The notes under the pieces: model-generated
Databases searched by the model: none
What the model was told of the DNA's origin: nothing
What the model saw: the letters and a program-made list of their open reading frames with translations, nothing else
Program-made: the position numbers and the translations under genes
From: Candidatus Latescibacterota bacterium
GTDB lineage: Bacteria; Latescibacterota; UBA2968; GCA-2709665
Assembly: GCA_965219995.1 (NCBI GenBank)
Contig: CBDCOX010000002.1
Coordinates: forward strand, 2,592,001 to 2,656,000
DNA length: 64,000 nt
Direction of reading: 5' to 3'
In this document: in pieces, positions 29,254-38,968 of the stretch
Layout of the letters: each line of letters starts with the position of its first letter
Position numbering within the stretch: the stretch's first letter is position 1

Positions 29254-29391
29254 CCTCTTCCTCGTTTCTTGTTGAACGGATGACAACACATCGAGCGGTC
29301 CGTTTTCCCTTAGAGTCGGGCGACGATGTGTGCCCTGTCTTCTTTGCTGACTCATACAACCTGCAGCGACTGATCTTCCCTTTGACGCCGG

Positions 29392-30231
29392 TTACAACGC
29401 AGCGCCATCAGACTCGTCGTCAACCGGTGTTTCCACTTGCGCCTCGTGGCCTTTCGCCATCCTGCAAAACCACGTCAATCCGATAACGGCCAGCGCGATC
29501 CCGCACAACTGCAGCCACCAGGGAAGATACACCAGAACATCCCAATTCTCCATGGGTCCGAACAATTCCAAACGAACTGACGTCAGCGACAGGAAATTGT
29601 TCAGCGCGTGTCCGACCAGTGCCGGTATCAGCGAACCGGTCTGGATCACCCACCAGGCGAAAACCAACCCCAATATAAGCGCGACAGGGAATTGCCACGC
29701 GTTTGCATGGAACAGCGCAAACAGGACCGCCGACCAGACAATGGCCCTGTTTCGCGTTCGGTGGGCCAGCAACCCCCCGAGGATGACCCCTCTGAAAAAA
29801 ACTTCCTCCGCGAGCGGCGCCTTAACTACCATCACAAAAAAGGCAAATGGATAGGGAGTTTCCTTCCCTGCCAGATCCCCGATTAGATTCAGCAATATTT
29901 CCGGCACCGGGATCAGCTGCCGCATCAGAGTTCCAAGGTCCGTGCAGACGATCGCCAATCCGACAACCGACACGACGAGCGGAAGGTACAGCATCCGGGA
30001 AACTGGTTTGAGGAGCAGAATCTCGTCCCAGTTCCGATCGGTTCGTCGGTGTGCGTAGATCACGGTCAAAACGAAGCTTGCCAAACTCAGGATCCACATT
30101 AGATATGGACTCTGTTGTAACGGCACGTCGAGGATAAATTCCAGTATCGCAACAGGTACACCAAGTGCCATGCCAATAAGCAAGAGCAATATCAGTAGCC
30201 ATACGGATTGCTTCAGGTTCGGATACGCCAT
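29392..30231 (-). CDS. CPBP/Abi intramembrane glutamic protease, paralogue 2
   Basis: EEVFFRG, FALFH, HALNN; same N-terminus MAYPNLKQSVWL as paralogue 1; GGAGG RBS. Confidence 0.92.
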   Translation of the reverse strand: MAYPNLKQSVWLLILLLLIGMALGVPVAILEFILDVPLQQSPYLMWILSLASFVLTVIYAHRRTDRNWDEILLLKPVSRMLYLPLVVSVVGLAIVCTDLGTLMRQLIPVPEILLNLIGDLAGKETPYPFAFFVMVVKAPLAEEVFFRGVILGGLLAHRTRNRAIVWSAVLFALFHANAWQFPVALILGLVFAWWVIQTGSLIPALVGHALNNFLSLTSVRLELFGPMENWDVLVYLPWWLQLCGIALAVIGLTWFCRMAKGHEAQVETPVDDESDGAAL

Positions 30232-30273
30232 TGATTCCCTCCTCGTTCGAACATCATCTGCCGGCAGGTTCAT

Positions 30274-30402
30274 TTATCCGGATGCCGCAGCGGCCGCGGA
30301 AGAATCTTCGTTTTCCACTAAATCCAGGTTCGCGCGCCCGAATCGAGCGGCGGGCTTCTCGAGTTCATCATTCCGGAAAATCCCTTGCAGGGAACGGGTC
30401 AT
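30274..30402 (-). CDS. 42-aa small ORF (MTRSLQGIFRNDELEKPAARFGRANLDLVENEDSSAAAAASG)
   Basis: AGAGGAG RBS directly before the ATG and a sigma-54 consensus about 37 nt upstream; no recognisable family. Confidence 0.5.
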   Translation of the reverse strand: MTRSLQGIFRNDELEKPAARFGRANLDLVENEDSSAAAAASG

Positions 30403-30438
30403 GTCTCCTCTTGCGATCGTGAACAACCCGAATCGACG

Positions 30439-30455
30439 TGCAAGAAACAGGCCAG
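30439..30455 (-). promoter_or_regulatory. Sigma-54 (-24/-12) promoter for the small ORF and the CPBP pair
   Basis: Minus strand CTGGCCTGTTTCTTGCA = GG-N10-GC with TTGC; AT-rich, IHF-like tract immediately upstream (30471-30500). Confidence 0.7.
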
Positions 30456-31169
30456 ACTTGAGATAAATGGCAATGTATCGTCTATACATCATTTAATTGA
30501 AGGATTCCGGATCGAAGGAGCCCGGCTGTGTCGCAAAAAGCGCCTGACCGCGGTGACGGGTATTCCAGTACGCGCGCACGGAGGGACATAGGCTGCGGTC
30601 CGTGAAGAGATTTGGTGGGCAGTCGAGGGGGCGTACGAAAAAGCGGTGCATTCTGCAGCGCCGGATGCATTCTGCAACGATCGGCGCCGGCCGGAAACCG
30701 CGCGGAAGCGCACGGATCGGCGAGCGGGCATAAAAAAATCCCGTTCCATCCCCTCGCGATTCAGCAATGAACTTTCCGGCGGCACCCCGATTAAAGGGTG
30801 CCGGGCAGTGTCACCACTCACGCAGCTTTGAGGATGCGGGAAGGTCCTGCGTATTCGCCGGGAACGTGGGAGCTACCCATGCCCCTTTGAGTCGGCTGTT
30901 GTATTCGGCAGGCTACCCGACATACGGGTACTGCCCGAGTGGTGACAACCGGAATATAGATTCCGAGACCGGGAATGACAAGGGTTAATTTGCGACTCTC
31001 AAAAAGGGAAATCGCGGAGCCGTCCGAACGCGTGCATCACCAGGGCCGAAAACCGCATTGACGACGGGCTGCAGATGAATTTCTTGCCCGGAAACGGAAG
31101 TCGCACAGCGAGAGGTTGACCGTCGCCGTTGGCGAATGGAACCGCGACGCGCCTCCTCTTCGCCTGACA

Positions 31170-31982
31170 TCACGTGTCCGGCATCCGCGACGCCAGCACT
31201 GGATAGCGTATATCCGCCCTCTGTAACTCCCGCTGCAGCCACTGGCTGAACAATGTGTCGCGAATCTCATTGACGACACGATCGTCCAGCGTTGCCGGAT
31301 AGCGCCGCTGCAGCAAATACAGCGCGAAACCGCCCGGCGCCTTTTCAGGACCGAAGATCTCGCCCGGTTCAGCAGCGAAGAGTCGCGCGGCAATACCCTT
31401 CGGCAACTGCTCCCGTCGCAACCGCCCCATAAACCCGCCGGCCGGCCGCGTGCGCTCATCCTGTGAGAACTCGCGCGCCATTGCGCAGAAATCCGCGCCG
31501 TCCTCTCTCGTATGCAGTCCGATTTCGTCTATTACGCCTCGATCCCGGTGGTGAATCCAGCAGACTTCCGCCTCGTCGAAATCCAGCGTGTGCTGTGCGA
31601 AGTACGGTTCGATCCGTCCCTCCGAGACTTTTTCGGACATCATGCGCTCCGATCGCCTCGCGTGGGCGTCTTCCGCAACGTCGCCGAGCGTAATTCCTCC
31701 GGACCGGAGCCAGGCTTCCGTATCTTCCACGCTTTCAAGGCGGTGTCGATACCGCCAGTCGTCGACGTCGCTCTGGATGTCTTCGGGCTTCGGGTGGATG
31801 CCCTCCCTCTCCGCGAGTTGCCGCACGAGTTCTCTTCGAGCGTACTCGCCGAAGAACCCGAGCTTGTCTGCAACGCCCAGATGTCGTACAACCTGCGTCA
31901 GGGACACGTCGATGCCATTGACCCGAACCAGCGATACAGCCCTGGCCGCGTTTGCGGAGTCGTGTTCCTCCGGACGGCGCAT
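31170..31982 (-). CDS. PpiC-type peptidylprolyl isomerase / SurA-like foldase associated with the type I exporter
   Basis: DFCAMAREFSQD...GGFMG rotamase motif, GEIFGP, C-terminal IRDTLFSQWL; TGATG overlap with the HlyD stop. Confidence 0.85.
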   Translation of the reverse strand: MRRPEEHDSANAARAVSLVRVNGIDVSLTQVVRHLGVADKLGFFGEYARRELVRQLAEREGIHPKPEDIQSDVDDWRYRHRLESVEDTEAWLRSGGITLGDVAEDAHARRSERMMSEKVSEGRIEPYFAQHTLDFDEAEVCWIHHRDRGVIDEIGLHTREDGADFCAMAREFSQDERTRPAGGFMGRLRREQLPKGIAARLFAAEPGEIFGPEKAPGGFALYLLQRRYPATLDDRVVNEIRDTLFSQWLQRELQRADIRYPVLASRMPDT

Positions 31983-33382
31983 CACGTCCCGTCCTGGCGC
32001 GCGGACGGCTTTGTCGCGGCATCGTACGTTGCGGACTCGTACAGCTTTCGCAACGGACTCAGCAGCAGCAACAGGACCGACTGCCTGTCCGTCATGATTT
32101 CGGCCGTGCCCTTCATGCCGAAGAGGAGCGGCTTCTCCTGTCCTTTCACGGCCATCGTGGTCTCCTCCAATTCAACGACGCCCTTGAATATCGGCCCGAC
32201 GGTCTCGTCGATGACGGCATCCGGCGAGATCTGCTTGAGCAATCCGCGTTTAATTCCAAAGTCCTGGAACGCGAAAGCGTCGTATTTCAGTTTGACGATC
32301 TGTCCCGGCTTGAGCAGACCCACGTCCTTGTTCAAAACAGTCAGTTCGGCGACAATCGGCGCGGACGCCGGCGCCAGAGTCGCCAGAGCCTGTCCTTTAT
32401 TAATGACCTGTCCGAGCGCATTTACCTCCACCCGGGTTACAATTCCGGCCTCAGGGGCCAGAATCAGGTCCGATTCGGCATCGAGCTGGCGATCGACGCG
32501 TTTGCGCGCCTGATCCAGTCTCAGCCGCGCGGTATTGTGCGCGTGTTTGATCTGGGCGGCCTCGCGACCGTGGGCGATGCGAGCCTCGAGGATCTGGCGC
32601 TTGAGGTCCTGGACCGCCGTTTCGTTCCTGTAGATTTCCGACATGCGTCCGGGAAGCGCCGCGAGGGCGTTCAGATACCTGACGCGCGCGCGATTGATCT
32701 CCGCCCTGCTGATCAGTTGGCGTTCGTACAGCATCTTCTGTTGCAGGTAGTCCTGTTTCAGATGGTCGATTTCGGCCTGGCGAAAGCCGATCTGCGCCTG
32801 CAATTCCGTATCCGATGGGCTCCTTCCGGTACGCTCGAGGCCACCCACGTCGGTCTGGTAATCCTCCAGTGCATTCTGGTGGGCTACCGTGAACCGTTCC
32901 AGAACGGAAAGCCTTTTCTTCAGCGAAGCGATCGTCTCCCGGTTCAATTCAGTCCTTTGAGGCAATACACGGTGGAAATCGTACTCGGCCTTCTGAAACG
33001 CCATTTCCGCCTGTTCGAGTTCACGCAGGTCTCCCCAGGTTTCCCACGATTTGAGCTTGAACAGCAGCGCGCCTTCTTCGATGCGGTCGCCTTCCGTAAT
33101 ACCGATGTATTCGATTTCACCTCCACGGCGGGCCTGCAACGTCTTCACTTTTCCGAGCGGTACGAGCCTGAATGGGGCTGACGCGACTACGTCCACCTTG
33201 CCCCACCACGCCCAGACGACCGCGATGCCGACAAAAAGCAGCACGATATATAGCAGCGCCCGACCCCAAAACGGTCGCAGAGACCCGACAAACGCGCGCA
33301 TGTCATCGGCCGCGTCTTCCCGTTGCCCGGCAACGACCGGCGGCGCTGTACCCGGTGTGGGTTTCGGCGGGCGCCCCGTCAT
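31982..33382 (-). CDS. HlyD family membrane fusion protein of a type I secretion system
   Basis: Single TM helix, VDVVASA..RLVP, EGD.IEEG..L lipoyl half, coiled coil, AP.AG.V, NKDVG...GQ.VKLKYDAF.FQDFG...ISPDA, GMKGTAEI. Confidence 0.93.
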   Translation of the reverse strand: MTGRPPKPTPGTAPPVVAGQREDAADDMRAFVGSLRPFWGRALLYIVLLFVGIAVVWAWWGKVDVVASAPFRLVPLGKVKTLQARRGGEIEYIGITEGDRIEEGALLFKLKSWETWGDLRELEQAEMAFQKAEYDFHRVLPQRTELNRETIASLKKRLSVLERFTVAHQNALEDYQTDVGGLERTGRSPSDTELQAQIGFRQAEIDHLKQDYLQQKMLYERQLISRAEINRARVRYLNALAALPGRMSEIYRNETAVQDLKRQILEARIAHGREAAQIKHAHNTARLRLDQARKRVDRQLDAESDLILAPEAGIVTRVEVNALGQVINKGQALATLAPASAPIVAELTVLNKDVGLLKPGQIVKLKYDAFAFQDFGIKRGLLKQISPDAVIDETVGPIFKGVVELEETTMAVKGQEKPLLFGMKGTAEIMTDRQSVLLLLLSPLRKLYESATYDAATKPSARQDGT

Positions 33383-33409
33383 AGCGCCGGCTCCTCGTGG
33401 GCAGGAAGT

Positions 33410-36400
33410 TCAAGCCACCTGCAACTGCTGGCTGGACATGTGGTAGTAAAGGCCGCGGCGATCCATGAGTTCTTCATGCGTCCCCGTGTCGACGATATGG
33501 CCCTTTTCAAGCACGACAATCACGTCGGCATCCCGCACGGTACTCAAACGATGAGCAATGATCATCGCCGTTCGGTTTTCGAGGAATAGGTCCAGGTTGG
33601 CCTGGATCGCGGCTTCGGAGTCCGTATCCAGTGCGTTTGTGGCTTCGTCGAAGATCAGGATTCCCGGATCGCGATAAAGCGCTCTCGCGATCGCAATCCG
33701 TTGCCGCTGTCCCCCGGACAATCCGATTCCCTGCTCACCGACTTTTGTCTCATATCCCAGGGGCATCTCGGTCACAAAGTCCTGTACACAGGCCATTCTC
33801 GCCACTTCAAGGACCCGATCCATATCGGCGTCCGCTTCTCCGACCGCAATGTTCTCCGCAATCGTACCGCTGAACAGGAACGGATCCTGCATCACCATGC
33901 CCACCTGGCGCCGAAGCCAGTGCGGATCCAGGTCGCGCACGTCCATCCCGTCGAGGGTCACCCGCCCTTCAGAGGGATCGAACAGGCGCGGCACCAGCTT
34001 CACCAGCGTGGTCTTGCCCGCCCCGCTCCGCCCTACGATTGCGACTTTGCGTCCCGGTTCGAGGACGAGGTTGATATTGTTCAACACGTAGGGTTCGTCG
34101 GAGCCCACGCCGTACCTGAAAAACACCTCGTCGAATTCCACGCGCCCTCTCACCCGTTTCAGTCTCATGCCTTGTCCTCGCTGGCGCGCGTCCTCCATCT
34201 TCGCGTCGTACACGTCGTTCAGCCTGTCCAGTGCGACGCGGGCTTCCTGCACTTCCGGCCAGACGCCGATCAACCCCATTACAGGTCCCATCACGTTGCC
34301 AATGAGCGCGTTGAACGCCATCAACTGCCCCACGGACAATTCCCCTTCCATGACCAGGGATGCGCCGTACCACAGGATCACGGTTGAGCTCAACAGATTG
34401 ATCATGCTACCCCCCGCGCCGAACAGCATCTCCATTTTCAGGCGCTTGAACCCGATCTGGACTTCTTTCGTGAACTTCCCTTCCCATTGCCACCGGGTGA
34501 CGCGTTCGACGGCCTCGGCCTTCACCACGTCGACGCCGTGCAATGAGTCGATCAGCACGGACGATTGTTCCGCGCGGGCAAGAAAGGCGCGCTGGCTGAA
34601 GGACTTCAATATCGGCGTATAGATCAGCGTGAGACCCACGGATAGCGGCACGAAAATCAACATCACGAGCGTCAACTCCCAGTTGTAATAGAACATCAGC
34701 CCGAGGTAGACGAATAACATGATGAAGTCCAGTATCGCGGACACGGTTGTATCCGTAAACAGGCGCTGGATTGTTGCGTTCTCCTTGAACCGCGTGGTCA
34801 GATCGCCGGTGCGCCTGAGCGCGAAGAACCGCATGGACAGACCCAGCAGGTGCCGGTAGAACCTGGACAGCATGGTCAGGCTGAGACGCGCGCTGATATA
34901 GCCGATCAGATAGGCGCGTAACGTCGACGTGCCCATCTGGAACAGCGCCACAACGACCATACCCGCCAGCATCAGGTTCAACAGATCCCTGTCATGATGC
35001 ACAAGCACCTGGTCCACGATTGTCTGCGTGAATACCGGTGAAGCCAGCCCGAACAGGCTGAGCACGAGGGACGCCAGCAACACCTCGATCAGGATGGGCG
35101 TATAGGGTTTGATCAACGGGAAGAATCGTCTGAAGGAAGACCTGGAGGGTTCATTCTCGGATACCTGATCCGTGTATTCCAGCAAGAGGGCCATATTTGT
35201 CCAGCTTTTCTCGAACTCCGCACGGGAGAGCGTGCGGATACCCAGGCCGGGGTCGGCGATTCTCACCTTCTTTTTGAATATTTCATACAACACCACGAAA
35301 TGGTTGCCTTCCCAGTGCAGAATCGCCGGAAGCCCGGTCCGCATCAGCGCTTCGTACCCCGTGCGCACGCCCCGCGTGACGAACCCGAGCGTCTCCGCCG
35401 CCTCGGCCAGCGCCGCCATCGACGTGCCCTCGCGGGAAACGTTGCACATATCGCGCAGCCGGTTCAACCCGATCGGCATCTTGTAATACTTGCAGATCAT
35501 TCCCAGACTCGCCGCCCCGCAATCGGACTGATCATGCTGTTTCAGGAATGGATAGCGGAACGACGACGGCGCGCCGTTTCTTCCATCATCCGATTCACCG
35601 CTCCCGGTTCCGTTTGCCGTTCCACTCGCGTCGGCGACGATCTTCCCCTCTGGCGATCGGGCTGCGACCGGGGCGTGCACTTCGGAAGGGCGGGGCCCGC
35701 GGGACGGCGACGCGTTCGAATTTGCTCCTGCATGCAATTGACGCACCAGGGACGTCGCGGACCCGAACGCGGCAGCCGCTTCGCCAAGGTCACGAAAGTC
35801 GCTCTCGTCCAGGTAAAACAGAACACTATCCTGGGTACTGCGGACAACCCGCGGCCCGCCTTCGGAGCGATCGGTTTCTTCGAAGAAATCACCCGCGACC
35901 AAATGACGGGTCCCGCCATCCCCGGACATCATCTCCAGTTCGCCGCTTCCGACCGCGCAGAACCGCCCTCGCGACTGACCGGGACCTGCAACCGTCGCTC
36001 CCTTCGCAATCTCCTCCCGCTTCATACGACGGAACAACCTCCGCATCCCGTCACCGGAAACGGACCCCTTCAGGTATCGGGTGAAATTCCGGTACGCGAT
36101 ATTCGCCACCTGATCCTGGAGATGCGCCTTCAGTTCGGGTTCTCTCTTCATCACGTTGACGAAATCATCCCGTGACACCCGCAACACGTCGGAATTCTCC
36201 ACCGCGCGCACCGTTGCCCGATGCCCGCGACCGGTCAGCAGCGCCCCCTCGCCGAAGTGGTCGCCGGAATACAGGAAACCCAGGGTTTCAGGAAGGCCGT
36301 CCGCATTCCGCCTGATCACTCGCAACCGGCCGGCCTGCACAATGTAGAACGCATCGCCGGATCCCCCCTGATCAAAGACGACCGACCCGAAGGGAAAACG

Positions 36401-36451
36401 AGCGGTTTCAGACTGAATCGGCGACTGTTTAAAGCGGGATAACACGTCCAT
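33410..36451 (-). CDS. Peptidase-containing ABC transporter: two cNMP-binding domains + C39 peptidase + ABC TMD/NBD
   Basis: cNMP domain (DQGGSGDAFYIV..G...GDHFGE..LL....RATVRA); C39 QHDQSDCGAASL with catalytic Cys, HWEGNHFVV His, IADP Asp; GRSGAGKT, LSGGQRQ, IFDEAT, IAHRLST. Confidence 0.95.
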   Translation of the reverse strand: MDVLSRFKQSPIQSETARFPFGSVVFDQGGSGDAFYIVQAGRLRVIRRNADGLPETLGFLYSGDHFGEGALLTGRGHRATVRAVENSDVLRVSRDDFVNVMKREPELKAHLQDQVANIAYRNFTRYLKGSVSGDGMRRLFRRMKREEIAKGATVAGPGQSRGRFCAVGSGELEMMSGDGGTRHLVAGDFFEETDRSEGGPRVVRSTQDSVLFYLDESDFRDLGEAAAAFGSATSLVRQLHAGANSNASPSRGPRPSEVHAPVAARSPEGKIVADASGTANGTGSGESDDGRNGAPSSFRYPFLKQHDQSDCGAASLGMICKYYKMPIGLNRLRDMCNVSREGTSMAALAEAAETLGFVTRGVRTGYEALMRTGLPAILHWEGNHFVVLYEIFKKKVRIADPGLGIRTLSRAEFEKSWTNMALLLEYTDQVSENEPSRSSFRRFFPLIKPYTPILIEVLLASLVLSLFGLASPVFTQTIVDQVLVHHDRDLLNLMLAGMVVVALFQMGTSTLRAYLIGYISARLSLTMLSRFYRHLLGLSMRFFALRRTGDLTTRFKENATIQRLFTDTTVSAILDFIMLFVYLGLMFYYNWELTLVMLIFVPLSVGLTLIYTPILKSFSQRAFLARAEQSSVLIDSLHGVDVVKAEAVERVTRWQWEGKFTKEVQIGFKRLKMEMLFGAGGSMINLLSSTVILWYGASLVMEGELSVGQLMAFNALIGNVMGPVMGLIGVWPEVQEARVALDRLNDVYDAKMEDARQRGQGMRLKRVRGRVEFDEVFFRYGVGSDEPYVLNNINLVLEPGRKVAIVGRSGAGKTTLVKLVPRLFDPSEGRVTLDGMDVRDLDPHWLRRQVGMVMQDPFLFSGTIAENIAVGEADADMDRVLEVARMACVQDFVTEMPLGYETKVGEQGIGLSGGQRQRIAIARALYRDPGILIFDEATNALDTDSEAAIQANLDLFLENRTAMIIAHRLSTVRDADVIVVLEKGHIVDTGTHEELMDRRGLYYHMSSQQLQVA

Positions 36452-36540
36452 TGTATCTCTTCGCAAATGGCAGGTCTATTCGAACGTTTGGCTGTTAACC
36501 AATGTCACATTGTATACTGTGCGTCAACTATCGGTCCATA

Positions 36541-36560
36541 ACATACTATATATAGTATGT
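36541..36560. promoter_or_regulatory. Perfect 20-bp palindrome upstream of the transporter operon (putative operator)
   Basis: ACATACTATATATAGTATGT is its own reverse complement; lies about 90 bp upstream of the PCAT start. Confidence 0.6.
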
Positions 36561-36615
36561 ATCTGCTCGTAATCCACCGTTTTCAGCCGAAGAAATGTAC
36601 CCCCAATCGACGCTG

Positions 36616-37370
36616 CTACTCCGAGGGTCGGGCTCGGTCCGTCAGTTCCTTCCCTCCATCAGTCCGGTCATCGTCAGGCGGGACCTCACCCTCAGAAACG
36701 GGCTGAACGGGTTTCGCAACCCGGGAAAACCACCACAGTCCAAGCACAGCCAACGCCACCCCGGCCGCGCTGAACCACCACGGATTGAAAAACACAACAT
36801 TGAAGTCTTCCGCTACCTCTAGATATGGTATATCGAAGTGCAACGTCGTGACTCCGATGAGATTGTTCAATGCGTGGCCGAAAAGCGCAGGCCACAAGGA
36901 TCCCGTCCGGAAATACCACCAGGCGAATACGAACCCGTACAATACGGCCGGTGGAAATTGCCAGGGATTGAGATGACCCACGCCAAACAGAAACGCCGAC
37001 CAGAAAATCGCCCTGTTCCTGGTATGGTGTGCCAGCAAACCGGCAAATATCGCGCCTCTGTATAGAAACTCTTCAACGGTCGGGGCGACAAACACGGACC
37101 GGAACACGGCTGAGGAGTAGGATGTTTTGCGCCCGAACTCCGATTTGAAAATGTCCTGGATGAAATCGGGAATAGGAATCAACCGAATTACCGCTTTGTC
37201 CAATTCAAGTAGAACCATCCCGAGACCAGCGATCGAAATTGCCACACAAGGCCACACGCGCCAACTAAAGTCAGTGTTGAACAGTCGACGTATATTTTCC
37301 AGTCCAACTCAGCTCGGCTTGCCAAGTAACCCAAAATGACCAGCAGACTTACGTACGACAGAATCGACCG
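36616..37370 (-). pseudogene. CPBP/Abi protease paralogue 3, frameshifted near 37295 (catalytic part intact at 36616-37257)
   Basis: EEFLYRG, FGVGH and HALNN are present. Upstream sequence in another frame reads SILSYVSLLVILGYLASRAELDW, matching the paralogue segment IYAHRRTDRNW, then shifts into NIRRLFNTDFSWRVW. No intact start is visible. Confidence 0.7.
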
Positions 37371-37587
37371 TAAATTTCGTCGATGAGGCTGTCTGTTAGT
37401 CTTCTAAGTTCACATCGATGCCGAATCGCCTTCCAGGTGATCCGGCATCGACGTGACGACGAAAGACGACGCATTGAACAATTAGTACGCTTGTCTCTCG
37501 GTGATTAAGCCAGTTTACCTGATTGGGTCCGTGTGGAAACCCTATTCCCCCTTCAGATAAACCGACAGCCAGCTTCGGCGATGTCTC

Positions 37588-37866
37588 CTATGTTTTCGTG
37601 CTGCTATCGGCGGAACGCCGGAAGAGCCGGGCCATCACGCTGTCCGCCCATTCCCAATACGACTTTAGAATCCACGGCGTCGCGATCAGACCTCCCGCCA
37701 AACCACCACTTAGCCCAAAGATTACGCTCAGACTTAGTCCAGGAAAGGCATATTCAAGCACCGCGATCAACTGAGGTCCTACAAAGATGGTCCAAAATAG
37801 AACCAAGAGGGCGGTACCGAAAATCGCGCCTTGCCACGTGTCGGAAAGGAAAAATCTACGTTCCAT
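37588..37866 (-). CDS. 92-aa membrane protein, candidate immunity protein
   Basis: GGAGG RBS; two hydrophobic helices, the second with a GLSGGLAGG glycine zipper; directly downstream of the large precursor. Confidence 0.7.
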   Translation of the reverse strand: MERRFFLSDTWQGAIFGTALLVLFWTIFVGPQLIAVLEYAFPGLSLSVIFGLSGGLAGGLIATPWILKSYWEWADSVMARLFRRSADSSTKT

Positions 37867-38045
37867 TTGAGACCTCCACAACGCTTGATGGGACTTCACG
37901 CGGAAATCAAGACGTAACTTCCCGTCTAAATTCCAACGCTTGTGGACACTTCTGAGTACCCAATTCGACCTGAAACACCAAGTATTGTGTTGTTTTACGA
38001 CTCCTCATACACCTGATTAAAAGCGTACGGCGTGAATCCTGCCTT

Positions 38046-38426
38046 TCAACCAGCACACTTGCAGGTACAGGCTGCCTTTTCTGGCGGATCAAGTTCTTTC
38101 TTCAATTCATTAAGGGTATAGCCGACTACACCAACCAACGCACCCGTCCCTGCTGCAATTGCGATTGCTGTTCCGCCGATGGCAGTTCCCGCTGGACCAC
38201 CCAACGCTGACGCGATCGCTGCCGTCCCGTATACGGTCGCTACGCCACCCACGGCACCAGCACCGGCCGCCCAGAGAGCGTCTCCCCAATCCCAGAGACC
38301 ATCGATGCCCGCCATTTCTTCGAAAGTGAGCGTCGACTGATGTATGGGTAACGCCTCGCAAGCATTGTATGTGCCACTTGATTCGAAGTGAGTTCCCAAG
38401 CGATTGTCCAAGGCGATTGTGTTCAT
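38046..38426 (-). CDS. Double-glycine-type precursor peptide A (bacteriocin/microcin-like, 126 aa)
   Basis: TAAGGAGG RBS; leader ends LTFEEMAGIDG(L); Gly/Ala-rich hydrophobic core; C-terminal ACTCKCAG. Confidence 0.85.
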   Translation of the reverse strand: MNTIALDNRLGTHFESSGTYNACEALPIHQSTLTFEEMAGIDGLWDWGDALWAAGAGAVGGVATVYGTAAIASALGGPAGTAIGGTAIAIAAGTGALVGVVGYTLNELKKELDPPEKAACTCKCAG

Positions 38427-38968
38427 GACTTCCTCCTTAAAGACCGATAAAATTAAACGTTAGTAGTTCTGGTAACTTCGGGTACATCCAGTTACACCGC
38501 AATGTTTCATTCCACGCGGTCGTGGGTTTTCGAAACGGTTTTTAGCAATCGACGCGAAAGAACCTGCTGCACAGGACCGTGTCCATGATTATTCCGTTGA
38601 AAACAGACTACAGGATAAGGCCTTGCTTTTAATATAACTAGCTCAGCCATCTTTTTCTGGTTGGTTTCTGAACGGCCTCGACAAGCCCCACGCAACGTTC
38701 GCCCATGTGTTAACTGATGGCTGTTTGGCAACTGGATGAATTGCTGGGCAGAGGACAATGTCTTACGTGTTTTGCCGCCGCTTCAGCCAGATTCGTTGTC
38801 AAACCGACACAACAGGGCATCTCGTCACCCCTTTCTTACATTCTCAGCGATTCGCAGACCCGCCTCATTTGGCGTCCTTGTGAAGAGTCCATCTAACTCT
38901 CCGACAACGGATCACTGGGAAATTATGTAGAGTCAAGTGACGATTCCGTATTGGATGCAACAGGACAA

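Noticed and set aside
30770-30865. Possible c-di-GMP-I riboswitch (GGCGAA...CAAAGC on the minus strand)
   Set aside because: No GNRA tetraloop/receptor arrangement could be matched.
38499-38514. TGGAATGAAACATTGC, a sigma-54-like box upstream of precursor A
   Set aside because: GG-to-GC spacing is 11 nt; sigma-54 requires 10.
38710-38820. 36-aa Cys-containing ORF (MPCCVGLTT...CQTAIS) between the two precursors
   Set aside because: Weak RBS, no leader motif and no recognisable pattern; indistinguishable from chance.
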